A stretch of DNA of 64,000 nt from Eledone cirrhosa (GCA_964016885.1 OZ024740.1:414966001-415030000), one strand, 5' to 3'. Counted from the first letter of the stretch, positions 1 through 13,227 are shown. The notes: generated by a model not told the origin, from the letters alone. Numbers and translations are program-made.

Positions 1-569
1 ACTAACAGAATATTCAAACAAAAGTGAAAAAACATGGACCATGTTAATGCAGTATGATGTTTAAAAAGTGTTCACAAATAAAACAGACACATTGATAGAG
101 AGAATAAATAAAAACAGAAAAGAATGCATCACAAGAAATCAGTGAGAGAAAGTTGAGTAGAGAACGCTGTCAGATAAAAAGAGTAAAATGGAAAAATTAG
201 AAAAAATATATAACATGATTTTAAGCTCCACACTGACGTTACAACTAGCATTGCATTTTAATTAACAATTAACAATATATAATCAAGTTTAACTCTTGAA
301 GAGTAAGTTAACCTATTTGACCTTATAATCAACAATTCACCAAACCATTAAAGGAAATAAATAATTTAAGTTTATAAACACATAAATCAATAGCTACATA
401 AATTAATAAATGAATTAGTAAATAAAAAAAAATATTATATATAGATAACTAAAGGAAAAATATAAGTAAATATAGCGTGGAAAATGGACGTTAAATGATG
501 ATGATGATGATGCTGATGATGCTGATGATGATATAAAGCATGTATGAATTCTTAACAAATAGCTAATAT

Positions 570-2262
570 ATCATCATCATCATCATCACCGTTTTACGTC
601 CGTTCTTCCACGCTAGCATGGGTTAGACGGGTTGTCCTGTTGTGGGCAGTGTCTGGTCGGTTTACCATGCCTTGCTCATACAGGAACTGATTTGGCTTGA
701 TTTCTACATCTGGATGCCCTTCCTAACACCAACCTCATTTACAGTGAGTGCTGGGTGCTTTTTCGTGGCGCCTACACGTCCACTTTACAGTGTGGGCTGG
801 GTGCTTTTTTGCCGTGGCACCTCCACGACCACCTTGCAGTGGGAGGGTGTGGGGGCATATTGTCTATATGCTTCAGCTTGTACCCATGGGAGGTCGGGTA
901 CTCTGTATTACTGCGTGACGCCAGAGGTCACGGTCATGTGTCATCTCCTTTGAGAGATGTAATTGGGTAAGGTCGGCTTTTATCACCTCATCCCAGGTCA
1001 TCTTGGGTCTCCCCACTCCACGGTTTCCATCGACTTCTAGTGCTCTGCACCTTTTTATGCAGCTGTCATCCTTCATACGCATCACATGTCCATACCAACG
1101 CAACCGCCTCTCCTGCACACAGCATTTGATTCCTCTTATACTCAATCTCTCTCTCAATTCATTTATGCTTTGTCGTTCGCGTATATTACTATTACACATC
1201 CATCGGAGCATGCAGGCTTTGTTTCTCTCTAATCTACGTAAGTCTTCCACCTTCAGCGCCCATGTCTCACTACCATGTAACATTGCTGTTCGGATACATG
1301 CATCATTCAGTCTGCCTTTCATTTTGAGGGAGAAGCCTTTTGCAGCTAGCAGTGGCAGTAGTTCCCTGAACTTCTTCCATCCTGCTCTTACCCTAGTTAT
1401 TGTACTTTCTGAACACCCACCCCCGCTGCTAATTCGGTCACCAAGGTAGCAGAAGCTGTCTACTGTTTCTACAGAGCCCTCCCACAGATTGGTGGTACTT
1501 GTTTCCTGTGGCTGTTTGCTGCTTGCTGTCTCAGCACAGCTGCTGCATGTGAAGCCTACATTCTTAATTAAGCTTCCTGAGATCCCGCTACATCTCTTGT
1601 GTACCCATTGTTTGCATTTGGGGCAGAGAATGGAGTTCCTACCTACCCCTTTCCTACATACTGAGCAAGGCCATTTCCCTGAGGGGATCTGGGTTCCGTT
1701 TTCTCGTCTACTTACAAGGACCTTAGTCTTTGTCATGTTGACTTTGAGACCCTTTCTTTCTAGTCCCTGCTTCCAAGTTTGGAATTTCTTCTCTAGTTCT
1801 ACCATAGATTCAGCTATAAGTACGAGGTCATCAGCATACAGGAGTTCCCATGGGCATCCGGTCTTAAACTCCTCCGTTATTGCCTGCAGGACTATGATGA
1901 ACAGGAGAGGGCTAAGAACAGAGCCCTGGTGGACGCCAACCTGTATGCTAAATTCCTTGCTATACTCATTGCTAATCCTAACTTTGCTGACTGCTCCCCT
2001 ATACATGGCTTGTACAGCTTTCACAAACCATTCATCTACTCCTAGTTTTCTAAGAGCCCACCAGATTACAGCACGTGGAACTCTGTCAAAAGCTTTCTCG
2101 AGATCGACGAATGCCAAGTAGAGTGGCTTACTTTTAGCTAGGTACTTTTCCTGTAACTGCCTCACAAGGAAGAGGGCATCAGTGGTGCCTCTTCCTGGTA
2201 CAAACCCAAATTGCATCTCATCTAGTTTCACCCAGTCCCTAATCAACTGTGCTATAACTCTT
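570..2262 (-). mobile_element. 5'-truncated RTE-type LINE (family A, PHD-containing) with 3' UTR and (GAT)n tail
   Basis: ORF 873..2342(-) has RT motifs [40 protein letters not shown]; the 3' end reads ...GGAAGAACGGACGTAAAACGGTGATGATG on the minus strand. Homology to the other copies stops near 2262. Confidence 0.92.
873..2262 (-). CDS. RTE reverse transcriptase, PHD-like finger and C-terminal region (truncated, frame intact)
   Basis: RT motifs followed by CSVC..CPKC..WVHKRC..CSSC (C4HC3) and RRLRWYGHVMR; the first ~27 aa of the listed ORF are flanking sequence. Confidence 0.85.
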
Positions 2263-2334
2263 TTAATATATATTACATTTTTTAGAGGAAAATATACGCA
2301 TGCACACAGCATATATACAAACATAAGTAAATAG

Positions 2335-2386
2335 ATTTTCACTGATGAGAGATGAATGAATCTTGAAACAGTTGTCTGGCATTCTC
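2335..2386 (+). ncRNA. Candidate minimal type I hammerhead ribozyme
   Basis: CTGATGA (2342-2348), stem II GAGAT/ATCTT, GAAA (2365-2368), near-palindromic ACAGTTGT, GTC cleavage triplet ending 2376; stem I weak. Confidence 0.55.
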
Positions 2387-2714
2387 ACCAGCGCTGAGAT
2401 GGCTGTGATGTGTTCACAGCACAAAAAAAAAAAGATAAAAAAATATTTTCAATAGCAAAAAAAATATTTTTCTTTCTTAGCAAGGCTGTCATGTGTTTAT
2501 TATACATAAGCATGTTTTATATATTTTCATATACACCCCTACTAAGTAAATGAATATACACATCATCACCATTTAATATCCATTTTCCATGCTTGCATGG
2601 GTTACACACACAAACCCACATATACATATGCATGCATTCATACTTCCACATAAACATACATTTCTAATTCTTACTAATACCACTCCACATACTAACTTCA
2701 AAACTATATTTATA

Positions 2715-3723
2715 CTAGCAGGCCCAGTGCTGTCAAAAATGACGGCTAATTGTAATATGTATACATAATATAAAAAAAGAAATGTTTATTTGTTTGTTGG
2801 CTGGTTGGTTGGTTGGTTCATTTGCATTCACACACACAAGTGTTACTAATATACAAACACAGTCAGTGTGTGTAGCCCTATCACTACACACACACACAAG
2901 TGTTACTAATATACAAACACAGTCAATGTGTAGCCCAATCACTACACATACACACACACAAGTGTTACTAATATACAAACACAGTCAATGTGTAGCCCAA
3001 TCACTACACATACACACACACAAGTGTTACTAATATACAAACACAGTCAGTGTGTGTAGCCCAATCACTACACATACACACACACAAGTGTTACTAATAT
3101 ACAAACACAGTCAATGTGTAGCCCAATCACTACACATTCACACACACAAGTGTTACTAATATACAAACACAGTCAATGTGTGTAGCCCAATCACTACACA
3201 TACACACACACAAGTGTTACTAATATACAAACACAGTCAATGTGTAGCCCAATCACTACACATACACACACACAAGTGTTACTAATATACAAACACAGTC
3301 AGTGTGTAGCCCAATCACTACACATTCACACACACAAGTGTTATTAATGTGTGTTTGTAATTCTATTGTCTATGTATCTTTCTAAATAAACACACACAGA
3401 CACATATACACTCACACAAATATTATATATAAATATAATTTACACAAACACTACACACACATAATCATAACAGTTAATGTGTGTAGCCATTTTGCTATAC
3501 ATATAGACACACACAGGTTTAGCGATGTTAGACGCTGCTTAGACACCCCTTCCTTCCTCAGTGGACGTAATCACCCTTTCCTTCTTCAGTTTGTCATCAC
3601 CCATTCCTTCCTCAGTCGACGTTATAACCCCTTCCTTCCTCAGTCGATGTTATCACCCTTTCCTTCCCCAGTCATCTCTAGTGTGTGACAGACAAATACA
3701 CAAGGGTATTATATATTAGTTGA
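2715..3723 (-). mobile_element. Non-autonomous Helitron-like element with internal tandem repeats
   Basis: On the minus strand it starts TC(AACTAATATATAATAC) at 3723 and ends CTAG at 2715, between A and T; shares its 5' end and 28-bp motif with 5250-6924. Confidence 0.65.
2826..3348. repeat. Tandem repeat of ~56-60 bp unit, about 9 copies
   Basis: Unit CACACACAAGTGTTACTAATATACAAACACAGTCA(A/G)TGTGTAGCCCAATCACTACACATA read directly. Confidence 0.95.
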
Positions 3724-4797
3724 TATACTGTTACTCCTAAACACACTCATATACAAGCTTATATCAATGTATCTGTTTATCTATTTATCCATATGTGTGT
3801 AAACTAAAATGAAGATCATTCATATACAAATCTGAAATAAAATATACTCTCTATAAAAAATCCTTAATACAATATTTTCAAAATTCTAGAAGATAAACAA
3901 AAGTTCAAATTTAGAACACAAGTACTCTATAGTTCTTGTAGTCACTAAAAGAAAAAATTTCACTATAGCACTAATTGGTATAGAGAAGAAAAAGGAAGAA
4001 AATTGTCTGGATACATAATAGGATTATAATGTAAGTCTTATAATCCTATATTTATATGCTGAAATCATCTCTAAATTCCCATTCAGAATTGAGTCTTTAA
4101 TAAAACACATTTTTAGCACGTATATACTCTTTTGTTTCCATTGTATAATCTAGCCATAGCCAAACCTTTCTATTTTACTTCATACTAACTATTCATATCT
4201 TTCAATTTCTGAATATAAGCCAAGAGCATTGTCATATTCCTCCTTCTAGCTGAATTTCTGAATGAATCATTATGCATGTGATACTTTACTTTAAATCTAT
4301 TGACCATTAAACCTATATATACCTTTACCATACATTTCTATACTACAACACTAGTGATACATTTTCCTCTAAAAGACTATTATTTTTATTGATGAAATTG
4401 CAGTCATCACTATTGTTATTATTATTGTTGACTATATTATTAGAATGCAGTCAACAATAATTATAACAATACTGATAACTAAGTTATCATCTCAGCTAAG
4501 ATAGCACATTATATGGTTAGTCTATCATTCTTTATAGTAAAATAATTCAACTATTCAACTGCATTTCAGTTAAAGATCTTGTAATATTTATTAATAAAGG
4601 GTTGTTGAAATAAAGTTAGAAATAAAAATACAAAAATAAGAATTATTGGTATTTATCAGTAGCATTGTAAGAAAACATTCAGAGAGTAAACAAATAGCAC
4701 AGTTAAGATCTCCTATGACACTGAAGTAGAGACTATTAAATCAATTAGTATATAAAATAGGAAATAGTAATTATTAAAGAGTATTATTTTAACTTAC

Positions 4798-4860
4798 CAT
4801 CTGGAACATAGTTCAATGGAATTCTTCTTGGCTTATACTCAAAAATAATCGTTACTTTGG
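4798..4860 (-). CDS. Candidate isolated 63-nt coding exon of an unidentified gene
   Basis: Minus strand TTTTACAG| ... GATG|GTAAGT; only the phase 1-1 frame is open (xKVTIIFEYKPRRIPLNYVPD); lies in apparently unique sequence. Confidence 0.4.
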
Positions 4861-5009
4861 CTGTAAAATTCTGGCTTGGTCTGATGATTATGCAATAATT
4901 ATTTTTTAATTGATAGGAAGGCTAAATTTATAGGATTATTAGAATGGTATAAATTAATAACAACACTGTAAATGTATTATATTATTCCGAAAAAGTGTAT
5001 TATTATTGG

Positions 5010-5245
5010 GTTGGCATGGACGCCATACTTTGCAGCATAAAGTTACGTCCCTTTACGACCTGAGTTCAAATCCTGCTGATGTAAACTTTCCTTTCATCCT
5101 TACGGGGGTCAATAAAATAAAGTACCAGTAATTTGCTGATGTATTTGCTGGTCTTGTGCCAAAAGTAGAAACAATTATTGTTGGATTGGCAGTATCTGTA
5201 GAGGACCAGACGCCATACTTTGCAGCATAGAGTTATGGCCCTTCT
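5010..5245 (+). mobile_element. tRNA-derived SINE (degenerate copy plus partial second head)
   Basis: GAGTTCAAATCC B-box and CCTTTCATCCTTACGGGGTC..AAAATAAAGTACCAG body shared with other copies. Confidence 0.8.
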
Positions 5246-5249
5246 CACT

Positions 5250-6924
5250 CACTCACACAAGTGATATAAACACACAAACACAGCTGTGATGAATCTTAGA
5301 ACACTAGACTTCTATAGTTTCTTACTCCCTCTTCCTACCTCAGTCATTACATAGATATGTGTGTATTAGGCACCCCTTCCTTCCTCAGTCGACATAATCA
5401 CCCCTTCCTTCCTCAGTCGACATAATCACCCCTTCCTTCCTCAGTCGACATAATCACCCCTTCCTTCCTTAGTCGACATAATCACCCCTTCCTTCCTTAG
5501 TCGACATAATTACCCCTTCCTTCCTCAATCAACATAATCACCCCTTCCTTCCTCAGTCGACATAATCACCCCCTTCCTTCCTCAATCAACATAATCACCC
5601 CTTCCTTCCTCAGTCGACATAATCACCCCTTCCTTCCTCAGTCGACATAATCACCCCTTCCTTCCTTAGTCGACATAATTACCCCTTCCTTCCTCAGTCG
5701 ACATAATCACCCCTTCCTTCCTCAGTCGACATAATCACCCCTTCCTTCCTCAGTCGACATAATTACCCCTTCCTTCCTCAGTCAACATAATCACCCCTTC
5801 CTTCCTCAGTCGACATAATTACCCCTTCCTTCCTCAGTCGACATAATTACCCCTTCCTTCCTCAGTCGACATAATCACCCCTTCCTTTCTCAGTCGATGT
5901 AATCACCCCTTCCTTCCTCAGTCGACATAAACACCCCTTCCTTCCTCAGTCGACATAGTCACCCCTCCCTTCCTCAGTCGAAATAATCACCCCTTGCTTC
6001 CTCAGTAGACATAATCACCCCTTCCTTCCTCAGTCGACATAATCACCCCTTCCTTCCTCAGTCGACATAATTACCCCTTCCTTCCTCAGTCGACATAATC
6101 ACCCTTTCCTTTCTCAGTCGATGTAATCACCCCTTCCTTCCTCAGTCAACATAATCACCCCTTCCTTCCTCAGTCGACATAATCACCCCTCCCTTCCTCA
6201 GTCGAAATAATCACCCCTTCCTTCCTCAGTAGACATAATCACCCCTTCCTTCCTCAGTCGATGTAATCACCCCTTCCTTCCTCAGTCGATATAATCACCC
6301 CTTCCTTCCTCAGTCGATGTAATCACCCCTTCCTTCCTCAGTCGACATAATCACCCCTTCCTTTCTCAGTCGATGTAATCACCCCTTCCTTCCTCAGTCG
6401 ACATAAACACCCCTTCCTTCCTCAGTCGACATAATCACCCCTCCCTTCCTCAGTCGAAATAATCACCCCTTGCTTCCTCAGTAGACATAATCACCCCTTC
6501 CTTCCTCAGTCGACATAATCACCCCTTCCTTCCTCAGTCGACATAATTACCCCTTCCTTCCTCAGTCGACATAATCACCCTTTCCTTTCTCAGTCGATGT
6601 AATCACCCCTTCCTACCTCAGTCAACATAATCACCCCTTCCTTCCTCAGTCGACATAATCACCCCTCCCTTCCTCAGTCGAAATAATCACCCCTTCCTTC
6701 CTCAGTAGACATAATCACCCCCTTCCTTCCTCAGTCGATGTAATCACCCCTTCCTTCCTCAGTCGATGTAATCACCCCTTCCTTCCTCAGTCGATGTAAT
6801 CACCCCTTCCTTCCTCAGTCGATGTCTTCACCCCTTCCTTCCTAAATTGATATTATCACCCCTCCCTTCCTCAGTCATCTCTAGTGTGTGATAGACAAAT
6901 ACACAAGTCTGTTATATTAGTAGA
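5250..6924 (-). mobile_element. Helitron-like element (same family as 2715-3723) hosting an expanded minisatellite
   Basis: Minus-strand 5' end TCTACTAATATAACAG; CAGTCATCTCTAGTGTGTGA(C/T)AGACAAATACACAAG shared with 3669-3704; 3' CTAG end not found. Confidence 0.6.
5371..6875. repeat. 28-bp minisatellite, about 54 units
   Basis: Unit CAGTCGACATAATCACCCCTTCCTTCCT, period 28 (5386, 5414, ...). Confidence 0.98.
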
Positions 6925-7458
6925 TGATCATGAGAGTGTGTATAGTTCATTGATCATCCTTAACTTATTGCTTCCTAGATAATTTGTCAGTCACTTAACT
7001 CTAGGAGGACAGATTAGACTACTGGTAGCCAACATAACAAGATGTGACACTTCGATTCAATATATGTGACAAAAATTAACCTGGAGAATATGAATAATTT
7101 ATATATTAATAGCTAATAACCTAATATGATTGATATTAGGCTTTATAAGCACTAATTTGGTAATTTGCGTGTGTGTGTGTGTGTGTAGATGTGAATTTAT
7201 GTGTAGATATATACATATGTATATGTGGTTAGATATGTTTGGCTCATGATAGTAAGGTCATGAGTTTGAATCCCGACAGTGTATTGCGTCCTTGAACAAG
7301 ATATTTTATTCAATGTACTCTAGTTCACCTAGCTGCAAAATATGAGTTGTATTACTCAGGCTGAATCACTCTAAGAATTACATTAACGATACACATGTTT
7401 AGGAAATGTTCAGGTACGTGCATGTTAATTTCACGAGCATATGTATGTATTTATGTAT

Positions 7459-9830
7459 GTGGTTCTGCGAGAGCTACTTTCACAGGTTTTTCAGGAATGA
7501 GATTGAGGAAATCTTCATTGACGACAGACTGCTGATTCAAAAGTTCATCAAAGTGCTTTCGCCACCCTCACAGAATTCCTTGTGAGTCATGAAGAAGTTC
7601 CTTGCCATCCTTGCTGCAAAGCAGTGTCACTAGAGAAGAAGACGGTCCATAGACTTCACGCAAGAGACTACAACAGATTTGTGTTATTGGAATCTGATGC
7701 AGCTTGTATCTCACCAGCCTTCTCATTCCACCACTTATCCTTCATCTGAGAAAGCTTCCGCCTCACATGTGATTTCACATCCTTGAGTTCCTTATACAAC
7801 ATATTCTTCTCCTGTGGTTTTGCTGCCAGGTAGCATGACAGATGCTTGTGGAGGTTGCAGTAGCTATCTCGAAGCTGAACAGTGGCAGTCTCCAGGTATG
7901 AATGGCATACATGCAGAGCTCCTACAATATGGTGGTGAGAGACTTCTGCAACATCTTCACTCTTTCTTTGGCAGGATATGAGCTAATGAATCCGTACCTG
8001 AGGACTGGAGAGATGCAGTAATGGTGGTCTTGTACAAGGGAAAGGGTAACAGGAATGATTGTGGGAACTGCAGAGGTATATCATTGCTTTCTGTCGTAGG
8101 GAAAGTTTTATGTAGGGTGCTTCTGGACCGTCTGCTGACACACATTGCAGATTGTGTCCTTCCTGAAAGTCAATCTGGTTTTCGTGCTGGACATGGCACT
8201 ACTGATATGATCTCAGCTAGACAGCTCCAGGAGAAGTGCATGGAACAAGGTTTGGATCTGTATCAGGTTTTTGTCGATCTGACAAAAGCTTTCAATACTG
8301 TTGACAGAAATGCATTGCGGAAGGTTCTCCAGAAACTTGGTTGCCCTGATAATTTCCTTGCTTTGGTTAGGTCTTTCCATGACGACATGAAGGCTTGGGT
8401 TAATGTCGGAGCCTATCTCAGTAAAAAATGGAGTGAAACAGAGGGATATTCCAGTACCAACCCTGTTTGCCATATATTTTGCAATGGTTTTCTATATTGC
8501 ATTCAGGAATTGCGAGCATGGTGTTTACATCCGATATCGAACCTCAAGCAGCATATTTAACATCAAGCGCTTTGCTACAAAAACAAAAGTATTTACATGA
8601 ATCATAAGAGACCTTTTGTATGCAGATGATTGCGATCTTGTAGCGCACACAGAGAGTGATATGCAGCACATTTTGAATGCATTTTCTGGTGCTTGCACTG
8701 CCCTAGGATTGACTGTCAGTCTTAAGAAAACCGTCATGTACCAACCTGCCCCTGGTAAGCAGTACAGTGAAACAAATATCTATGTGTATGGTAAACGACT
8801 TGGAGTGATTGATCAGTTTGTCTACCTGGGAAGCACTGTCAAGAGATACAGCAATCTTGATAATGAAATTCCACTCAGGATTAGGAAAGCAAGTGATGCT
8901 TTCGGAAAGCTAGAAAGGCACCTCTGGGGTCTGCAGAACATATGCAAGAAGACAGAGGTAAAGGTGTACAAGGCATGTGTGCTCTCTTCTCTTCTGTATG
9001 CCTACAAGACCTGGGTCACATATCGACACCACCTTAAACAATTGGAGCGTTTCCATCAGATGTGTTTCAGACGGATCCATGGCATTCACTGGAGGAACCA
9101 CATCAGTGATGTCGAGATTTGGGAAAGCTCTCTGTGTGAAAGTATAGAAAATCTTGTGCTTAAGCAACGACTCCGTTGGAGTGGTCACCTTGCCAGGATG
9201 AAGGATTCTAGAATACCGAAACAACTCTTTTATGGAGAGTTAGTTAAAGGAAAACGACCTTCACATAAACCAAAAAAGAGGTATAAGGATTCCTTGAAAG
9301 CCTCTTTGAAAGACATTAACATCTCTGCTGATACATGAGAAAGCGTAGCTGCTGGTCGTAATAAATGGAGAAAGACTGCACATGAGGGGAAAGTTACCTT
9401 TGAGGCATCTCGAATCTCATACGAGAAAGTAAAAAGGAATGTGAGGAAGGGCATTGCTGTTGCATTTCCAGGCAGCGAAGGTCCTCCTATGGCACTGACA
9501 TGCAGCGTCTGTGCGAGACTCTGCCACAGCAAAGCTGGACTTGAAAGTCATCTTCGCAGTCATAAAGTGAGACCAGTGGTTGACTACCAGGCTGCTGTTG
9601 GAGATGTTTCTCATCATACCTGCCAAGCATGTGGTAGAGAATGTAAATCAGCAGGAGGGCTAAAAAGACATGCAAAAGTACATGAACTCCAGCCACAGAC
9701 GGCTACTGCCAGTGAATATTTTGGTTGCCAACTCCGTGCAAGACATTTTAGATCATTCACTGGGCTAAAAAGCAACATTCGATCGCAACACCATTAATTG
9801 TTATGTATATGTGTGTATGTGTGTGTATGT
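7459..9830 (+). mobile_element. Decayed RTE LINE (family B), 5'-truncated with an inverted 5' segment
   Basis: 7843-9797 aligns by eye to 38000-39974 with frameshifts and stops; 7459-7841 is the reverse complement of about 37616-37995. Confidence 0.93.
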
Positions 9831-9892
9831 GTGCATATATGTGTATATATATATATATACATATATAATTTATTATTATTATTATTGTCTTT

Positions 9893-10075
9893 ATTGGCAG
9901 TATCGGTAGAGGGTCGGACGCCATGCTTTCCAGCATAGTTACGTCCCTTTACGATCTGAGTTCAAATCCCGCCGAGGTTGACTTTGCCTTTCATCCTTAC
10001 GGGGTCGATAAAATAAAGTACCAGTAATGCACTGGGTAATTGCTGGCCTTGTGCCTAAAGTAGAAACAATTATTA
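9893..10075 (+). mobile_element. tRNA-derived SINE, full length
   Basis: A-box TGGCAGTATCGG, B-box GTTCAAATCC, central GGTTGACTTTGCCTTTCATCCTTACGGGGTCGATAAAATAAAGTACC, (ATT)n tail. Confidence 0.9.
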
Positions 10076-10151
10076 TTGTCTTTATTGTTATTATTATGTG
10101 TATGTGTATATGTATATGTGTGCGTGTGTGTGTGTGTGTGCATATATATAA

Positions 10152-12551
10152 AACACCACTAACCACATACATCGCACGTGTATTAAACAGATCCTGAGAC
10201 ATCTCAACCGCCAATTACACGTCCATAAGCAGACACATCGACTGCCAATAGCACCCGGGGACTTGCTCCTGAAAATCACTAAAGCAATCGACCAGTGCTA
10301 CCACTCCAGAGTCCAATACCAGAAAAAACGGCTCAAGCGAAAATATGAGTGGATCTTGTCGAAACGCCACAACAGGAACATCGACACTAACGAACAGACG
10401 GACCAGAACCACGTGGGAAACAACAACTTAACAACCGCCACCGCCGCATCCACCAACACCGAGCCATACCTCAACGATGCGACGCACCTGGTCACCGACC
10501 TAACCGGCACTCTCACGAGCGACGAGCTGAAACTCCTACACCTCGGACCCAAGTTCATCGTCTCACAACGTCTCGACGACAGACTCAAACTCAACATCGA
10601 GGCCAACTTTTGTCGAGCCGCTTACCAACTTAAATGGGTGACCGCCATCAACAGCGCCACAGAAAATAACAGCGCCCACGCAACCCACCCCAAGTTCCCC
10701 ACTTATCACCCCGACAACCCACTCCACCCCCCACCCACCAACCACGAACTCGACACTAAACTCATCAGGCTAAAACACTCCATCTCGGATATACTTCACA
10801 AACACACACACACACGCACAACACATAACCTCACCAAATCTCAACTCACCACTCTCTCCAACCTAAAATCGAAGAACCTCATCTATCTCCCCTCCGACAA
10901 GGGAAAAGAATTCTGTGTCATCAGCAGAGAGGCCTACAACACCCTGGCCCTCCAACACCTTGACGATGACAACCTCTACTCCAAGGTCACGGGAATCACT
11001 CCCGCGCAGATAGAAGAGCACATCAACGCCGCCTGGACCAACATCTGCGACCGGCGGAAGCTCCCGAAGAAGCTGAGATACAACCTCCTCACGAGGAACA
11101 GCAGACTACCCGCCTTCTACCACCTCGTGAAAACACACAAACAGGGACCCGACCTGAAGATCAGGCCCATCGTATCGAGCGTGGAGGGACCACTCTACAA
11201 AATTTCATGGCTCCTAGCCAGAATACTCAAACCCATCTTAGACACCTTGTCTAGACACGTTAACAGCTCCGAGGAGGTGTTGAAGCGCCTGCATCAAATG
11301 GATCCCGACACCAGAAGGAATAACAGATATGCCTTCAGCCTTGATGTAGTCGCTCTCTACACCTCGGTCCCGGCACTCCCGGCCGTCAATATACTGATGG
11401 AACGCGTCCAATCCACCGACCTACACTGCTTCGGGTTCACCACCACTGACATCCACCAACTCCTATCCATCGTCGTCGACAACACCTATTTCGGATTCCT
11501 TGACCAAACATACCAACAAACCTAGGGATTGCCCATGGGATCAAGCCTATCAGGTGTGCTAGCGATCTCTTACATGGACAACCTCGAACGCAAGGCACTC
11601 AACGCCTGCCACCCCAACGCCGTAGCCTTTTTCTCAAGGTACGTGGACGATATCCTCATCCTCACATCTTCCCCAGACACGGCGAACAGAATCCATGAGA
11701 CGTTCAACAACACGGACGAGAACATTGACTTCAGTGTTGAACACCCCAACGAAGACGGGTCACTTGCCCTCCTCGACTTCCGAATCAACATCACGGAACA
11801 GGGAAGGATCCACTGCAACTTCTACCGAAAGGCAGCCTGCAGGAACCTGTTCGTTCACTACAAGTCCGCCCTCCCTAACAGTGCCAAAAGAGGATACATC
11901 ACGAACGAGATCGCGCGAATCAAAAACAGATGCAGTGATCCCGCGAGTGGTGTCACTCATACCAAGCGATTCCTCGAGGTGCTGGAGACGAACGGGTACC
12001 CTACCTCGATCACAGACAGAATAGGAGACACCAGACACAAGAGATAGAGAGGCACCCAAGGCAAGTGCTTCCTTAAAATGCCACACCTGGGCGAGAATAC
12101 CACCAACACTATCCGCAAGGCTATACGGAGAGAGGGCCTCGACATCCACCTGGCCCACTCGGGCCCCTCCCTGCGAAGATGCCTCTCCAGGAAACCCGGG
12201 AAATCTACTGACGCATGCTCCCTCAGAGACTGCCCGATACGCCATGCGAACTGTTGCCTACGCACATACGTCGTGTATAAGATAGAATGTGACAGGTGCA
12301 ACCAATACTACATAGGTAGCACAATCCGACCTTTGCACATCCGGATCAAGGAACACACTAAAACCAGGGCCTCGTCTTTCCGGAAACACATAGACAAATG
12401 CGGAAACAAAGACGGAAGGCCCATTGTCACAATTCTAGCGACTGAAAGAAACGTCGGCACGTTACGTATCAAGGAAGCGCTTTTTATCAAACGCCTGCAA
12501 CCGCAAATAAACAACCCATCAGAGAGAAGCGAAATGAGATGGCTGGTTTAA
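10152..12551 (+). pseudogene. PLE RT-GIY-YIG polyprotein, single frame with two in-frame TAG stops
   Basis: ORFs starting 10263, 11529 and 12078 are in the same frame, which is open upstream to ~10152; stops at 11523-11525 and 12045-12047. Confidence 0.9.
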
Positions 12552-12582
12552 GTTAACAAACGATGCAGCAACACACAACACA

Positions 12583-12632
<50 letters not shown>

Positions 12633-12979
12633 AGACAACTACACACACACGCGCACACACACACAGTAGCATTCCACCATACGAACATACTACACTGCCA
12701 ATACAGAGGAACAAGGCAACAACACACGCACACACACACACACTCAATCGAGACAACAACACACGCACACGCACACACAGTAACATTTAACAAACAGGCA
12801 GAGAATGGACTGACAGCTAGCGCCACCCCACTCCCTCATTCGGCCGCTGACCTCTGCCCGACCGACCCCATTTCACGCGCACGCGCGCTCTGCCGAATAC
12901 CTCAGATATTCAAAACAACAAACAGCGGAGGACGCGTTTCGCACCTGTCCGACAGACAACCTTTCCCCCACCCCGAAAA

Positions 12980-13020
12980 ACCCCCAGTTGATGGATGTGA
13001 ATCCGAAATATATAGGGACT
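12980..13020 (+). ncRNA. Variant or degenerate hammerhead motif in the PLE pseudo-LTR
   Basis: CCCC-CAGTTGA-T-GGAT(GTGA)ATCC-GAAA-TATA-TA-GGG; hammerhead geometry, but core CAGTTGA differs from CTGANGA at two positions. Confidence 0.45.
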
Positions 13021-13227
13021 ATTAAATCTCTCCCAAGGTAACTCTCTCTTGTGTTGTTATTTTTATTTTATCCTTTATACTCTTCCCTTCATTCTTCTAC
13101 ACATCTTACACATCTTATACACACCACGCATCTCAACGTACACCCACTTACATCTCTCTCTCCACCACCGGATCTTGTTACTCGGAGATTTACCCATTTG
13201 CATTGTCGAGGCTTCCAAACGACTTAA

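Noticed and set aside
5371-6875. CRISPR-like appearance of the 28-bp and 48-bp arrays
   Set aside because: Units are head-to-tail with no unique spacers, no cas genes, and the context is eukaryotic.
9893-9975. tRNA genes at SINE heads
   Set aside because: A and B boxes are present but there is no complete cloverleaf, and each continues into a SINE body.
12548-12826. Low-complexity ORFs (CV/HT/YI repeats) here and throughout the window
   Set aside because: Translations of microsatellites; antisense ORFs over LINEs were likewise treated as shadows.
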